Virus record (IMG/VR): IMGVR_UViG_3300013126_000011
DNA from: a virus
Strand: one strand, 5' to 3'
DNA: 64,000 bases
This document shows positions 39,370 to 48,645 of the stretch, one piece after another (position 1 is the first letter of the stretch; every line of letters starts with the position of its first letter). A model generated the notes under the pieces. It was given only the letters and a program-made list of their open reading frames with translations, was not told the DNA's origin and did no database searches. Made by a program: the position numbers and the translations under genes.

Positions 39370-41480
39370 AAACACTTTACTGTAGTTCGTTTTTAACAAA
39401 GAATATCACGGTCGGTTCTCATAATTGCGATGTCGAAGAGCCAATGGCTTTGAAGGAATTGTTGACTGAAGAATGGAAGCGTCTGCACAATATCGACGTT
39501 GTGCCTGTCAGCAACTTTACGACATTCCAAATTCGCAATCTAATCAAGGACGTATCCAAGTTTTTTGATGTACCTTTTGAAGAAGCCAATAACGTAACCA
39601 ATGTGATGCTGAACGAAGCTATTCCAAAGATCAAGGAAAAGCGTGGGATCAAGACTGGTGTATTGATTGGTGATGACGCTCCAACGACCGAAGAAGTAAT
39701 GGAGTTTTCTGAAACTCTTCAAAAATTCCTCAAGAAGTATCCTGTTGTTGCAAAGCAAATTGAATTTCTACAGGGTCAATATAAGAACGCCAGTCGTCAT
39801 GCCTCTGGTTGTATTATTGCTGAAAACCTAGCAGATCGTATGCCAATTTTTATGTCTGGTGGTGTTCGTCAAACACCGTGGACAGAAGGAATTGCTGGTC
39901 GGCATCTGGAACCAATGGGTTTTGTCAAGTTTGATATTCTTGGGCTTGCAACGCTTCGAACCATTCGTGATACTGTGTCTCGTATTTTGCAGAAGCAAGG
40001 AACTGACAATCCAACATTTGAACAAATCAAAACGTATTATGAAAGTCTGTTGCATCCTCGTAAGATCGATTTCGACGATCAAGAGGTTTGGAAGAGCATC
40101 TTTCATGATGGTCGTTTCATGGGCATTTTCCAGTTTGCTCAGAAAGGCGCTCAAGCTTTGTGCAGGGCGACCAAACCAACCTGCATTGATGATTTGTCGG
40201 CTGTAACTGCCATTTATCGTCCGGGTCCATTGGCTGCTGAGTTTGATAAGCAGTATATTCATTATCGAAATCATCCAGAAGAAATCGAGTATGTTCATCC
40301 AATCGTTGAACAAAACCTCAAGGCTTCGATGGGCATGGTTATCTATCAGGAAGATATTACTCGTCTTGTGTGCTCTCTTGGAGAAAACATTTCATTTGCC
40401 GAAGGTAACAAGCTTCGCAAGGTTCTTGTCAAGAAGGGAATTGGAAAAAATCAGGAATTTAAAGACAAAATCAAGACGAAGTTTATCGCTGGTTGTGACA
40501 AGAAAAACATTCAAGTAGATAAAGCTGAAGAACTTTGGCAAGTGCTTGAAAATACTGCGCAGTATTTGTTTAATGCGAGTCATTCGAAAGGATATTGTGT
40601 AATTTCATACATTTGTGCGTACTTGCTTCGTTATCATCCTGATCAGTGGGTTGCAGCATTTTTGGAGCGTGAACAGGACGACGACGATAAGAAAAACATT
40701 AGTCTTTCGCTAGCTCGTAATGACGGGTACAGTATTGATAACGTCGACATCAACACGTCAGGGCTTAGATGGGAAATCAGTGCTATGGCTCCAAAAACCC
40801 TTGTTCCGCCTCTTTCGAGCATTAAGGGCATTGGTGATGCAGCCATTGATGAGATCGTTCAATTTCGACCATTTGCGTCGATTTCTGAGCTATTGTTTCA
40901 TCCAACTATGAGCTATCGAAAGGTTAATAAGCGAGTGCTTGACGTTCTGGTTCGTGGAGGTGCTTTGAAGAGTTTGATGGATCAACGGTTTGTAAATTTG
41001 AAGCATTTTTGGGCTTCTGTGGTTGCCAATAGACCAACAAACGAAGAAGAACTAGCAACTAATATTGAAGCATTCAAAAATGAAAAAGATTTTAGCCGCG
41101 ATGAACGCATCGAATTCAAGCGCTCATTGACGGGATTGTTCCCAATTGAGGCTGTGATTGCTCCAGCCACGATCCGCGCTTTCTGGAACGTTGATTGTGC
41201 TCCTATGGGAGAGTTTAGCGAAGTTGACACTTTTGACACTTGTTGGGGAATCCCTCTTAGTGTTGAAGTCAAGACTAGCCAAAAGGGCAAGAAATTCCTT
41301 ATGGTTAAGTGCATCGATTCGACCTATAAACAATCGATTGTTCGGATTTGGTCGGCAAAAGAATCAGATGCAGAAAAGATTCAATTAAATCGAGTGTATA
41401 TTTTCAAAGCGTCATATAATTCTCAGTTTGGTTTCTCTTTGTTTGGGATGAACGGAATGAAATTTCTTGGAGTAATGTAG
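39366..41480 (+). CDS. dnaE: 20-aa IntC fused to DNA polymerase III alpha C-fragment
   Basis: MKTLYCSSFLTKNITVGSHN|CDVEE; SRHASG, KFDILGL, GIFQF, YRPGP, IYQE, FNASHS, IKGIG. Confidence 0.9.
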   Translation: MKTLYCSSFLTKNITVGSHNCDVEEPMALKELLTEEWKRLHNIDVVPVSNFTTFQIRNLIKDVSKFFDVPFEEANNVTNVMLNEAIPKIKEKRGIKTGVLIGDDAPTTEEVMEFSETLQKFLKKYPVVAKQIEFLQGQYKNASRHASGCIIAENLADRMPIFMSGGVRQTPWTEGIAGRHLEPMGFVKFDILGLATLRTIRDTVSRILQKQGTDNPTFEQIKTYYESLLHPRKIDFDDQEVWKSIFHDGRFMGIFQFAQKGAQALCRATKPTCIDDLSAVTAIYRPGPLAAEFDKQYIHYRNHPEEIEYVHPIVEQNLKASMGMVIYQEDITRLVCSLGENISFAEGNKLRKVLVKKGIGKNQEFKDKIKTKFIAGCDKKNIQVDKAEELWQVLENTAQYLFNASHSKGYCVISYICAYLLRYHPDQWVAAFLEREQDDDDKKNISLSLARNDGYSIDNVDINTSGLRWEISAMAPKTLVPPLSSIKGIGDAAIDEIVQFRPFASISELLFHPTMSYRKVNKRVLDVLVRGGALKSLMDQRFVNLKHFWASVVANRPTNEEELATNIEAFKNEKDFSRDERIEFKRSLTGLFPIEAVIAPATIRAFWNVDCAPMGEFSEVDTFDTCWGIPLSVEVKTSQKGKKFLMVKCIDSTYKQSIVRIWSAKESDAEKIQLNRVYIFKASYNSQFGFSLFGMNGMKFLGVM

Positions 41481-41491
41481 GCTAAAACTGC

Positions 41492-41520
41492 TTGACAATC
41501 AAGCTTGGTTGAGCTATACT
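41492..41520 (+). promoter_or_regulatory. Sigma70-type early promoter for the dUTPase-macrodomain-SH3 cluster
   Basis: TTGACA-N17-TATACT. Confidence 0.7.
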
Positions 41521-41654
41521 CATGATGTGAAGATGGAGACAGTATTGTCTGAAGCACCAGCAATGAACGTACCAGATTATAACTTTACGCTAACGCCTAC
41601 TGCGATTGCTAATGGCAATAATGGACCAGCCGAAAAGCCACATGGGAGGTTCAA

Positions 41655-42098
41655 TTGATTCTACGATTTCAGAAGCTTCGTTCAACTAGCAAGATTCCAG
41701 AACGAGCAAACCCTTCAGATGCCGGGCTTGATTGCTTTGCAGATCTCGACTCTCATGTAATGATCGAGCCTCATCATAATGCATTGATTCCAACTGGAAT
41801 TAAGCTTGAAGTGCCTCACGGTTATATGGCAATGATTTGTCCTAGATCTGGTATGGCTGCAAAGCGTTCTCTGGTGCCAGGAGCAAGAGTTGTTGATGCA
41901 GGCTATGCTGGTGAAATTTTTGTCGATCTTCACAACTATGGTCACGCAACACAGACTATTCAGCCAAATGACAAGATCGCTCAGATCGTGATTATCCCCG
42001 TGGTTCATGTGCGTCTTGAAGAAACCGAGCAAGTATACCGAGATCCGGTTTGCATCAGCAATCGTGGTGAAGGTGCTCTAGGATCAACGGGGAATTAA
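41655..42098 (+). CDS. dut: dUTPase (trimeric)
   Basis: AGLD, PRSG, VVDAGYAGEI, KIAQ, RGEGALGSTG. Confidence 0.92.
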   Translation: MILRFQKLRSTSKIPERANPSDAGLDCFADLDSHVMIEPHHNALIPTGIKLEVPHGYMAMICPRSGMAAKRSLVPGARVVDAGYAGEIFVDLHNYGHATQTIQPNDKIAQIVIIPVVHVRLEETEQVYRDPVCISNRGEGALGSTGN

Positions 42099-42554
42099 AT
42101 GCCAAGTATCAATCTTCAGGGAGATCTATTGCTATCTGATTGCAATTGTTTTGCCCACTGTTGCAACTGTTTTTGTCAGATGGGTTCTGGAATTGCCAAG
42201 TCAATTCGTGCAAAATGGCCAGAAGTATATCAGGCTGACTTCTTTACTCCGAGAGGTGACAAGCGAAAGTTAGGAACATTCAGCAAAGCAACTGTCGATG
42301 ATAACAAGCTAGTCTATAATCTTTACGGACAATTCAAGGCTGATGCCAGCAGTCGACAACTTGATTATCAAGCTTTTGAAGATGCTCTCAAGGCAATGAG
42401 GCAAGATTTGATCGATCTTGGAATTTACAAGACTTGCAAGCTTGGTTTGCCCTACAAAATCGGATGCGGTTTGGCAGGCGGCGATTGGACTGTAGTTTCT
42501 GAAATCATCAATAAGGTGTTTGTCGATAAGGCAATCTACATTTACAGGCAATAG
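42099..42554 (+). CDS. Macrodomain ADP-ribose hydrolase (Poa1/DarG-like)
   Basis: GDLL, HCCNCFCQMGSGIAK, NLYGQ, PYKIGCGLAGGDW. Confidence 0.85.
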   Translation: MPSINLQGDLLLSDCNCFAHCCNCFCQMGSGIAKSIRAKWPEVYQADFFTPRGDKRKLGTFSKATVDDNKLVYNLYGQFKADASSRQLDYQAFEDALKAMRQDLIDLGIYKTCKLGLPYKIGCGLAGGDWTVVSEIINKVFVDKAIYIYRQ

Positions 42555-42971
42555 ATGATCTTCAAAGAAGGTGATCAGGTAATTATTCAGGCTGGTACGT
42601 GGACTTATCCATATGAACTGCAACCGTTGCCAATTAGTTTTCATACAAACAACAATACTAGTTCTGCTGGTGTTGGTCAAGTCACTGGACCTACCTTTAA
42701 AAAGTTGAAAGCTAAATGGACAGTAGAATCGGGATATGATCATCTGGAATCTGATCGACCGGCAATTTTCATTAGACTTCATGAGAAGCAAGAACATGAA
42801 GCTGTTGTTCTGTTGATCGATGAAGCAAAGCTTGTGGTTGTAGCAAATGATCAGCTTATCAAGTACGTGGAGGGCGATGTTCTTCGAGAAAACGTAATCC
42901 CCAAGGGTGAACAAAATCTATATGCTATTCATGGAGAAAGAGCTTTCGAGACAATTTGCAAACGACATTGA
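42555..42971 (+). CDS. SH3-like protein carrying major-capsid-protein-like segments (KLKAKWTVE; QNLYAIHG)
   Basis: Scaffold FKEGDQVII...AIFI...VVLLIDEAKLVVV..DQLIKY is shared with the next two ORFs. Confidence 0.6.
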   Translation: MIFKEGDQVIIQAGTWTYPYELQPLPISFHTNNNTSSAGVGQVTGPTFKKLKAKWTVESGYDHLESDRPAIFIRLHEKQEHEAVVLLIDEAKLVVVANDQLIKYVEGDVLRENVIPKGEQNLYAIHGERAFETICKRH

Positions 42972-43000
42972 TAACAATATTCTGAATTCTTTATCTGCAT

Positions 43001-43411
43001 ATGTCATTAATCACAACAGAGAAGAACCGGCAGAATCAGTTGAACCAGTTGAAATTAACTCGAAGATTGTTGGACGATAAAGCGTTTAATCCTGGCGATA
43101 TTGTTGAAATATCTGATTTGGCAGTATTAAATAATAGAAAACAATACGAGATTCAACCAGCGTCAAATTTAAATGGATATGTTTATGCGCCATATATTCC
43201 ACTAGTAGTTTCGCAAATGATTGCCTTCGAAAAACAATATCGTAAGGCAATTTATATTGAACCTTTCTTGTCAAAATGGTCGAAAGGGGAAGATCTATCT
43301 TTGGTGCTTCTTTTGGATGATGGTGAAATTTATGTAGTTAAAAAATCGGAGTTAAAAGAATATGTCGAGCAACAGATTTGTTCCTGGCCAAACAGTTGCA
43401 ATTGCAGCTAA
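43001..43411 (+). CDS. SH3-like protein carrying capsid-like segment GYVYAPYIPL
   Basis: FNPGDIVEI...AIYI...LVLLLDDGEIYVV..SELKEY scaffold. Confidence 0.6.
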   Translation: MSLITTEKNRQNQLNQLKLTRRLLDDKAFNPGDIVEISDLAVLNNRKQYEIQPASNLNGYVYAPYIPLVVSQMIAFEKQYRKAIYIEPFLSKWSKGEDLSLVLLLDDGEIYVVKKSELKEYVEQQICSWPNSCNCS

Positions 43412-43970
43412 TGCAATGTTGCATGATGTAGAGATTGAACGCCAACGAGAAGAGACATATAAATGCTTTTTAAAAAGTCCATTAATGAACGGAATTACTG
43501 GTCCAAAAGATCGGCAGCTAATAGCAAAACTTTTAGCTAATCAAGCTAGTGCGCTGAACAACAATAATAGTTTTGGGTCAACTGGAAGCCTTTCCAAATT
43601 TACAATGCCGACAGTAAGGCGAGTGTTTCCTAATTTGATGGCAAACGATCACGAAGAATCAGAAACACTGGCAATCTATGTTGATGAGTATTTCCCAGGC
43701 GATTATTCAAGCGCAATGGCTAACGCAATCGTAACTGTTAAAACTGTTCGTTGGGCATTAGTTCTTTTGATCGATGAAGCAAGAAGCGTATATGTTAGAG
43801 AAGACGATCTTCGAGAATACAAATCAGATGGCAGCGATCAGCTAAAGACGGAGCATATCCAAGGTCTTATGAGCGTTCAGCCAATGTCTGCACCATCAAG
43901 CTTACTTTTCTATATGGACAGTTATACTGGCAGTCATAATGTTCTTGACAACCAAGACAAAGTAGAGTAA
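43362..43970 (+). CDS. SH3-like protein carrying capsid N-terminal/Gol-like segments
   Basis: IAKLLANQ, VRRVFPNLMAND and SVQPMSAPSSLLFYMD placed in and after the FVPGQTVAI...AIYV...LVLLIDEARSVYV..DLREY scaffold. Confidence 0.65.
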   Translation: MSSNRFVPGQTVAIAANAMLHDVEIERQREETYKCFLKSPLMNGITGPKDRQLIAKLLANQASALNNNNSFGSTGSLSKFTMPTVRRVFPNLMANDHEESETLAIYVDEYFPGDYSSAMANAIVTVKTVRWALVLLIDEARSVYVREDDLREYKSDGSDQLKTEHIQGLMSVQPMSAPSSLLFYMDSYTGSHNVLDNQDKVE

Positions 43971-43973
43971 ACT
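43945..43973 (+). promoter_or_regulatory. Sigma70-type early promoter
   Basis: TTGACA-N17-TAAACT. Confidence 0.55.
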
Positions 43974-44029
43974 GTATTATGCAAGTCAGCAATCAATCTC
44001 GTAACATCTAATCAAAAAGGAAGTATAAG

Positions 44030-44416
44030 ATGGGGTTCGCGAAAAAATTCCGTAGGCAGAAGTTCTTGGAAGCTAAGGCGAATATGCAATCGACTGTTGG
44101 AGATAAAATGATGTTTTTTGATCGCATTCCTGATAAATGCGATGTATGTCAAAAACCATTCAATAAAAAGGATAAGCAGCAAGTGTCAACTTGGTTTGTA
44201 ACTGTTAGAGCAGACAAGAAAACTGTTCATTTGTTCTGCCCTGATTGTATGGCAAAGACTCAACGAATTCTTGAACCTCTTGTTGGTGATGGCAAGGGAA
44301 TCAAGGAAGCAACATTAACAGAAGATGGAAAGCTTGAGATTAAGAGCGAACAAAGCGAGCCAGTCGAAGTGAACATGTTCAGCGTACCGGTCGAGGTGCC
44401 AGTTGAAAATTCTTGA
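44030..44416 (+). CDS. Zn-finger hypothetical protein
   Basis: CDVC...CPDC. Confidence 0.5.
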   Translation: MGFAKKFRRQKFLEAKANMQSTVGDKMMFFDRIPDKCDVCQKPFNKKDKQQVSTWFVTVRADKKTVHLFCPDCMAKTQRILEPLVGDGKGIKEATLTEDGKLEIKSEQSEPVEVNMFSVPVEVPVENS

Positions 44417-45473
44417 TAAAATTGGACTTAGTTTCGATGATATTTCGTTGGTACCACAGTATAGTACGATAGATTCCAGAAAGGAAGTTGGCACCTCGAT
44501 CAAACTTGGAAAGCATATGTTGATGGTACCGTTGATCTCTTCCAACATGGATACGATCACGGGACCAGAAATGGCTATTAAAATGGCGCAACTTGGCGGT
44601 CTTGGGATCATTCATAGGTTCGAAGACATTTCTGTACAAGAGCTTTGGGTGAAGAGAATCTCCAAAAAGGTTGGGGAAAATATTGCGATGATTCCATATA
44701 TCGCCCCTGTTGCAGCTTCAACCGGCGTTGGATGGAAAGCTGAAGAAGACGTTCGAACGCTTGTTAATGCTGGCGCAGACATTATCTGCATTGATGTTGC
44801 TCATGGAGATATGAAAAAGTGTCATGACGTGACATATGCTCTTGCCAAGTTATTTCCCGACACTCTCTTTGTTTCTGGTTCAATTGCGACTGCTGGTGCT
44901 GCTCAAAGAGCCATCGATTCTGGTTGCAAAGTTCTTCGTGTTGGTGTAGGCTCTGGTTCTGCTTGCACAACTCGAATCATGGGCGCAACTGGCGTCCCTC
45001 AAGTAACTGCTCTAATCGATATCTGTCAGCTAGCCAAGAAGCACGATATTCCAGTTATTTCCGATGGTGGCTGTAAGTATATTGGTGACGTTGCCAAGGC
45101 AATTGGTCTTGGTGCTACAGCAGTAATGAGCGGTTCTTTGTTTTCTGGCACGAAGGAAACTCCAGGTCGTATTCATCGTTCTGGAATGTTCCCGAATGAG
45201 AAGATTTATAAGGAATATCGTGGTTCTGCTTCATATGAAAGTAAGGTTGATCGCGGTGAAACTGGTAACAACGTTGAAGGTGTCAGTCAACTAGTAAACT
45301 ATCGGGGACCAGTAGAGCCAGTCGTCAGTCAGATTCTTGATGGTCTTCGTTCTGCAATGAGTTATTCCGGTGCAAAGAATATTGCAGAGTTTCACGAAAA
45401 TGCTACATTTATTCAAGTCTCACAAGCTTCACAGTTCGAAGCTCAACCTCATGGACTTGTGTGGAACAAGTGA
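44403..45473 (+). CDS. IMP dehydrogenase / GMP reductase family (no CBS domains)
   Basis: [47 protein letters not shown]. Confidence 0.85.
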   Translation: MKILDKIGLSFDDISLVPQYSTIDSRKEVGTSIKLGKHMLMVPLISSNMDTITGPEMAIKMAQLGGLGIIHRFEDISVQELWVKRISKKVGENIAMIPYIAPVAASTGVGWKAEEDVRTLVNAGADIICIDVAHGDMKKCHDVTYALAKLFPDTLFVSGSIATAGAAQRAIDSGCKVLRVGVGSGSACTTRIMGATGVPQVTALIDICQLAKKHDIPVISDGGCKYIGDVAKAIGLGATAVMSGSLFSGTKETPGRIHRSGMFPNEKIYKEYRGSASYESKVDRGETGNNVEGVSQLVNYRGPVEPVVSQILDGLRSAMSYSGAKNIAEFHENATFIQVSQASQFEAQPHGLVWNK

Positions 45474-45949
45474 GAAAAAAAAATCGTAAGCTATTAGTAC
45501 CCAGAAAATCCAAAGGTGAAATCAACGCTGGATATGTAATTGATGTTGATTTTGTTCGAACAACTATCTCTTGCATGACAGAAAAAGAATGGCTCGATCT
45601 TGCTTGCGCTTGTTCGTTAAATGAAATTCCAAGTTGGGCATTTTTTAGAATTTGCGTTTTGGCTTTCATTCATAACGATCCAGAGTTTATGACGTTCTTT
45701 AAAGAGTTTTATGCAAAACTGCTTCGATATGGTGGTACAGATTTGCGCAAAGCCGCAAGGCACGCCAAAGGTTCTATTAATTTGATTGCGGCAGTAAAAA
45801 GAAAGGCAATGAAGACTCTAGAGCTTTATGGAATCGATAATTCAGATAAGGCAGCTAAAATGTTTGATGTATCACAGGGAATCGAAGCACCATTACATAC
45901 AGATATCTCAGATCCACTAGATCAGGCAATTTCCGAAGAAGAGGAATAA
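45461..45949 (+). CDS. Hypothetical protein
   Basis: ORF in operon. Confidence 0.4.
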   Translation: MEQVRKKNRKLLVPRKSKGEINAGYVIDVDFVRTTISCMTEKEWLDLACACSLNEIPSWAFFRICVLAFIHNDPEFMTFFKEFYAKLLRYGGTDLRKAARHAKGSINLIAAVKRKAMKTLELYGIDNSDKAAKMFDVSQGIEAPLHTDISDPLDQAISEEEE

Positions 45950-45951
45950 AT

Positions 45952-46206
45952 ATGTTAGACTGTACAAAAAAGTGTGTCGATTACAGAATGCCGTGTCCTT
46001 GTAAGTCTTGCAGACTACATATATCATATAAAGACGAATATAATTGTCTATTGGTATCAATTGATAAGAGCAGGAACTTGCTGAAAGAAGGGTTAACGTT
46101 ACGTGAGGTGGCGGATAGGATTGGCGTTAGCTTTGTACGAGTTAAGCAGATTGAAGACAAGGCTCTTCAGAAGATCGGACCACGATTACTAGAATTGAGA
46201 GATTAG
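45952..46206 (+). CDS. Sigma-70 region 4-like HTH protein with Cys-rich N-terminus
   Basis: LTLREVADRIGVSFVRVKQIEDKALQKI. Confidence 0.75.
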   Translation: MLDCTKKCVDYRMPCPCKSCRLHISYKDEYNCLLVSIDKSRNLLKEGLTLREVADRIGVSFVRVKQIEDKALQKIGPRLLELRD

Positions 46207-46259
46207 AAAATTGCGTCACTATTTATTTGTGATTGCAAACCCCGGAGGAATTAATAGCT

Positions 46260-46982
46260 ATGGTTAAAAATCGCAAGAACAACAATTCACGTACTCTACT
46301 TGACGAAAGCGTGATTCGCAATTTCGCAAGGCTTGGTCGTTTTAACATTTCTGAGCAATTCAAGCGGGATTATCTAAAAGAAGCAAAGCCCGAAGAGGAA
46401 GATGAAACCGATCCAATGGGCGATATGGGTGGCGAAGATGCTGCTCCACCAACTGATGATTTTGGTGGTGAGGCTCCAATGGATGATGCCGGAATGGGCG
46501 ATATGGGAGATATGGGTGGTGACGAAGAAATGGCACCAATGGGTGACGAGGCTCCTGCTCCCGAAGGTGCAACCGGAACAACTGCGCAGGTTGACGTTGA
46601 GCAACTAGTTGATGAAATCGCTGGTGCTATTGAGCGTCTAACTGGTGTAACTGTTGAGCGTGTTGGTGGTGAGGGTGCTGAAGGCGATCTAGATGATCTA
46701 GGTGGTGAGGAAGCTTCTGAGACACCAGAGGAAGAGGAAGCCGAGCATGCAGAGGGCGAAGAGGCTCCAGATGAAGGTGGTGAGCTTCCTGATATCGATC
46801 TAGGTGATGAAGAGGAAGAATCAGAAGAGAAGAAGAACGAAAAGCTTGTTGAAGCAGTTTATCATAAGGTAGTTACTCGTCTTGTACAAGAATCAAAGAA
46901 AGCTGCTGCTCGAAAGCCAGAAACCAAGAAGCCAGCAGTTGCCAATAAGGTTTCTCCAAAAAAGCCTGTTGTCAAGAAGTAA
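46260..46982 (+). CDS. Acidic prohead core/scaffold-like protein
   Basis: Very Asp/Glu-rich with GDMG repeats; multiple LxE sites (LLDES, YLKEA, LVEA); late motif at 46219; start ATG 46260 after GGAGGA. Confidence 0.55.
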   Translation: MVKNRKNNNSRTLLDESVIRNFARLGRFNISEQFKRDYLKEAKPEEEDETDPMGDMGGEDAAPPTDDFGGEAPMDDAGMGDMGDMGGDEEMAPMGDEAPAPEGATGTTAQVDVEQLVDEIAGAIERLTGVTVERVGGEGAEGDLDDLGGEEASETPEEEEAEHAEGEEAPDEGGELPDIDLGDEEEESEEKKNEKLVEAVYHKVVTRLVQESKKAAARKPETKKPAVANKVSPKKPVVKK

Positions 46983-46998
46983 AATTGAGGTCTGTTCA

Positions 46999-47265
46999 AT
47001 GATCGAGGATCTTCGCAAGCAAATTCGTAAAGTTCTTTATGAGGAATTGCGGAATCCAAACAGTATTCTGCTAGAGTCTCCACTAGAGCGTATCTTTGCA
47101 GATATCAGAGAAACAAAAAATAAAACAACTAAATCTGCTGTTGTAATTTCTGAAACTACAGTTGCACAAAAGCCGGTTGTCAAGAAAATTTCTCTAGAAG
47201 AACACGTCACAAAAGAGCAGTTAAAATCAATCGTTCTAAATTCTGTCAATCAAAATCCTAAATAA
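46999..47265 (+). CDS. Small LxE-motif virion-type protein
   Basis: LRKQIRKVLYEE, ILLES; start after GAGG. Confidence 0.45.
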   Translation: MIEDLRKQIRKVLYEELRNPNSILLESPLERIFADIRETKNKTTKSAVVISETTVAQKPVVKKISLEEHVTKEQLKSIVLNSVNQNPK

Positions 47266-47302
47266 ATCATTTCAAAAATTATAGAGGGTCTGCATTTAGA
47301 TC

Positions 47303-47331
47303 TTGACCTAGCCTTGAGCTTGTGGTATCCT
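47303..47331 (+). promoter_or_regulatory. Sigma70-type early promoter
   Basis: TTGACC-N17-TATCCT. Confidence 0.5.
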
Positions 47332-47359
47332 GTGTCTGAACTGAAAAGTGGAGTTGAAA

Positions 47360-47932
47360 ATGCCCAAGAAGGCTGTGAGTGTTGTTGAGCCTCAAGTTGT
47401 CGGTGTCGTTTGGAAGCAATACGATCTTGATAATGGAAGGGGTTCTCACTACGTCCTTCAACTAGAAAACATTGAACAACGAGAGCTTAACCGTATCAAG
47501 CTTGATTGTTGTCCCAAGTGGAATTATACTGGTTGGGGAACGTGCAAGAACGGTAAGTTGATGTTGATTTATGCCAGGGATTTTGTTTCTCTCAAAGAAC
47601 TGTCTGAATGGACAAAGCAGTTTGGCTATCCGGTATCTCTTCTGAAGCCTGAAAGGGCATCTAAGATCAAGCAAGAAAATGAAGATGGGACTGAACAAGT
47701 TGTCAAGATTGTTGTAAAGTCTAAATTGGTGAAGCTTCCTGGCAAGAAGAAGGAAGCGACAAAGCCGATTGAGCCTGTCAAGAAGAACAAGCTTGATAGA
47801 AACGTTCTTTTCAAGAAGCGCAATGTTGCTGTCAAGGCAGTCAACAGTGAACGCAAGCAATACGTTTGCTCTGTTTGTGGTCAACTTGGACATAATTCGC
47901 GTACATGCTCACACAAGGAGAAAACATTTTGA
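47360..47932 (+). CDS. Basic protein with C-terminal CCHC zinc knuckle
   Basis: CSVCGQLGHNSRTC. Confidence 0.6.
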   Translation: MPKKAVSVVEPQVVGVVWKQYDLDNGRGSHYVLQLENIEQRELNRIKLDCCPKWNYTGWGTCKNGKLMLIYARDFVSLKELSEWTKQFGYPVSLLKPERASKIKQENEDGTEQVVKIVVKSKLVKLPGKKKEATKPIEPVKKNKLDRNVLFKKRNVAVKAVNSERKQYVCSVCGQLGHNSRTCSHKEKTF

Positions 47933-48606
47933 CAAATCGAAAACATAAAATTGAAGAAGAGCCTGAAGACTTTGATTTAGACGAAGAAGATGAAGGATAT
48001 TGTGCAACACAATTTAACGCTGATGCTTTAGAACAGAGAACGATTTTTCTTTGTGGTATCATCAGTGGAAATAATGGTCCTGCTGCTGTCAATGCGCTAC
48101 TAAGCTTTTATGAAGCCGAGAAAGCCAGAATTGATCGATATCGTAAGGAAGTGCCAGAAAATGAAGCGCAAGAAGAGTTTCTGAAGTTTCGTCCTGTTAA
48201 GTTTTTCATCAATTCTGGTGGTGGAAATGCCGACGATATGTTTGCAATTTGCGACACAATGGAGTACGTACAAAAGCAAGGACTTCCAGTACATACAATC
48301 GCGCTAGGTAGTGCAAAGAGTGCAGCGATTCCTATCTTGGCATATGGTACAAAAGGTGAGCGTTATGCTGGTCGTCATACACGTTTTATGTTACATTCAA
48401 TTGGCGGAACAGGTTCAGGCGCTCTAGGCGATATTCTTCTAGATGTAAAAGAACTTGAATGGGCACAAGAAAACTATATTCAAATGACATTGGAGCGCTC
48501 AAATTTGACAAAGAAGTTTCTCAAGAAGATTGTTTCCAGTAATACAAATCACTATTTTGATGTCAACGAGGCTCTAAAGTTTGGAATCATCGACAAGATC
48601 TATTAG
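47929..48606 (+). CDS. clpP: ClpP-like protease subunit
   Basis: RTIFLCG, FINSGGG, GSAKSAA (Ser), RFMLH (His), EALKFGIIDKI. Confidence 0.8.
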   Translation: MTNRKHKIEEEPEDFDLDEEDEGYCATQFNADALEQRTIFLCGIISGNNGPAAVNALLSFYEAEKARIDRYRKEVPENEAQEEFLKFRPVKFFINSGGGNADDMFAICDTMEYVQKQGLPVHTIALGSAKSAAIPILAYGTKGERYAGRHTRFMLHSIGGTGSGALGDILLDVKELEWAQENYIQMTLERSNLTKKFLKKIVSSNTNHYFDVNEALKFGIIDKIY

Positions 48607-48645
48607 AGCCTAGTTATTTCAAAATCTATTGGAGGCTCATAAGTT

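Noticed and set aside
42555-43970. Decayed or frameshifted major capsid gene
   Set aside because: Capsid-like segments are out of order, short, and embedded in three intact ORFs sharing a separate scaffold
46410-46550. ATGGGCGATATGGG-type repeats as a CRISPR array or DNA repeat element
   Set aside because: They are coding low-complexity GDMG repeats in an acidic protein; no repeat-spacer periodicity seen anywhere in the window
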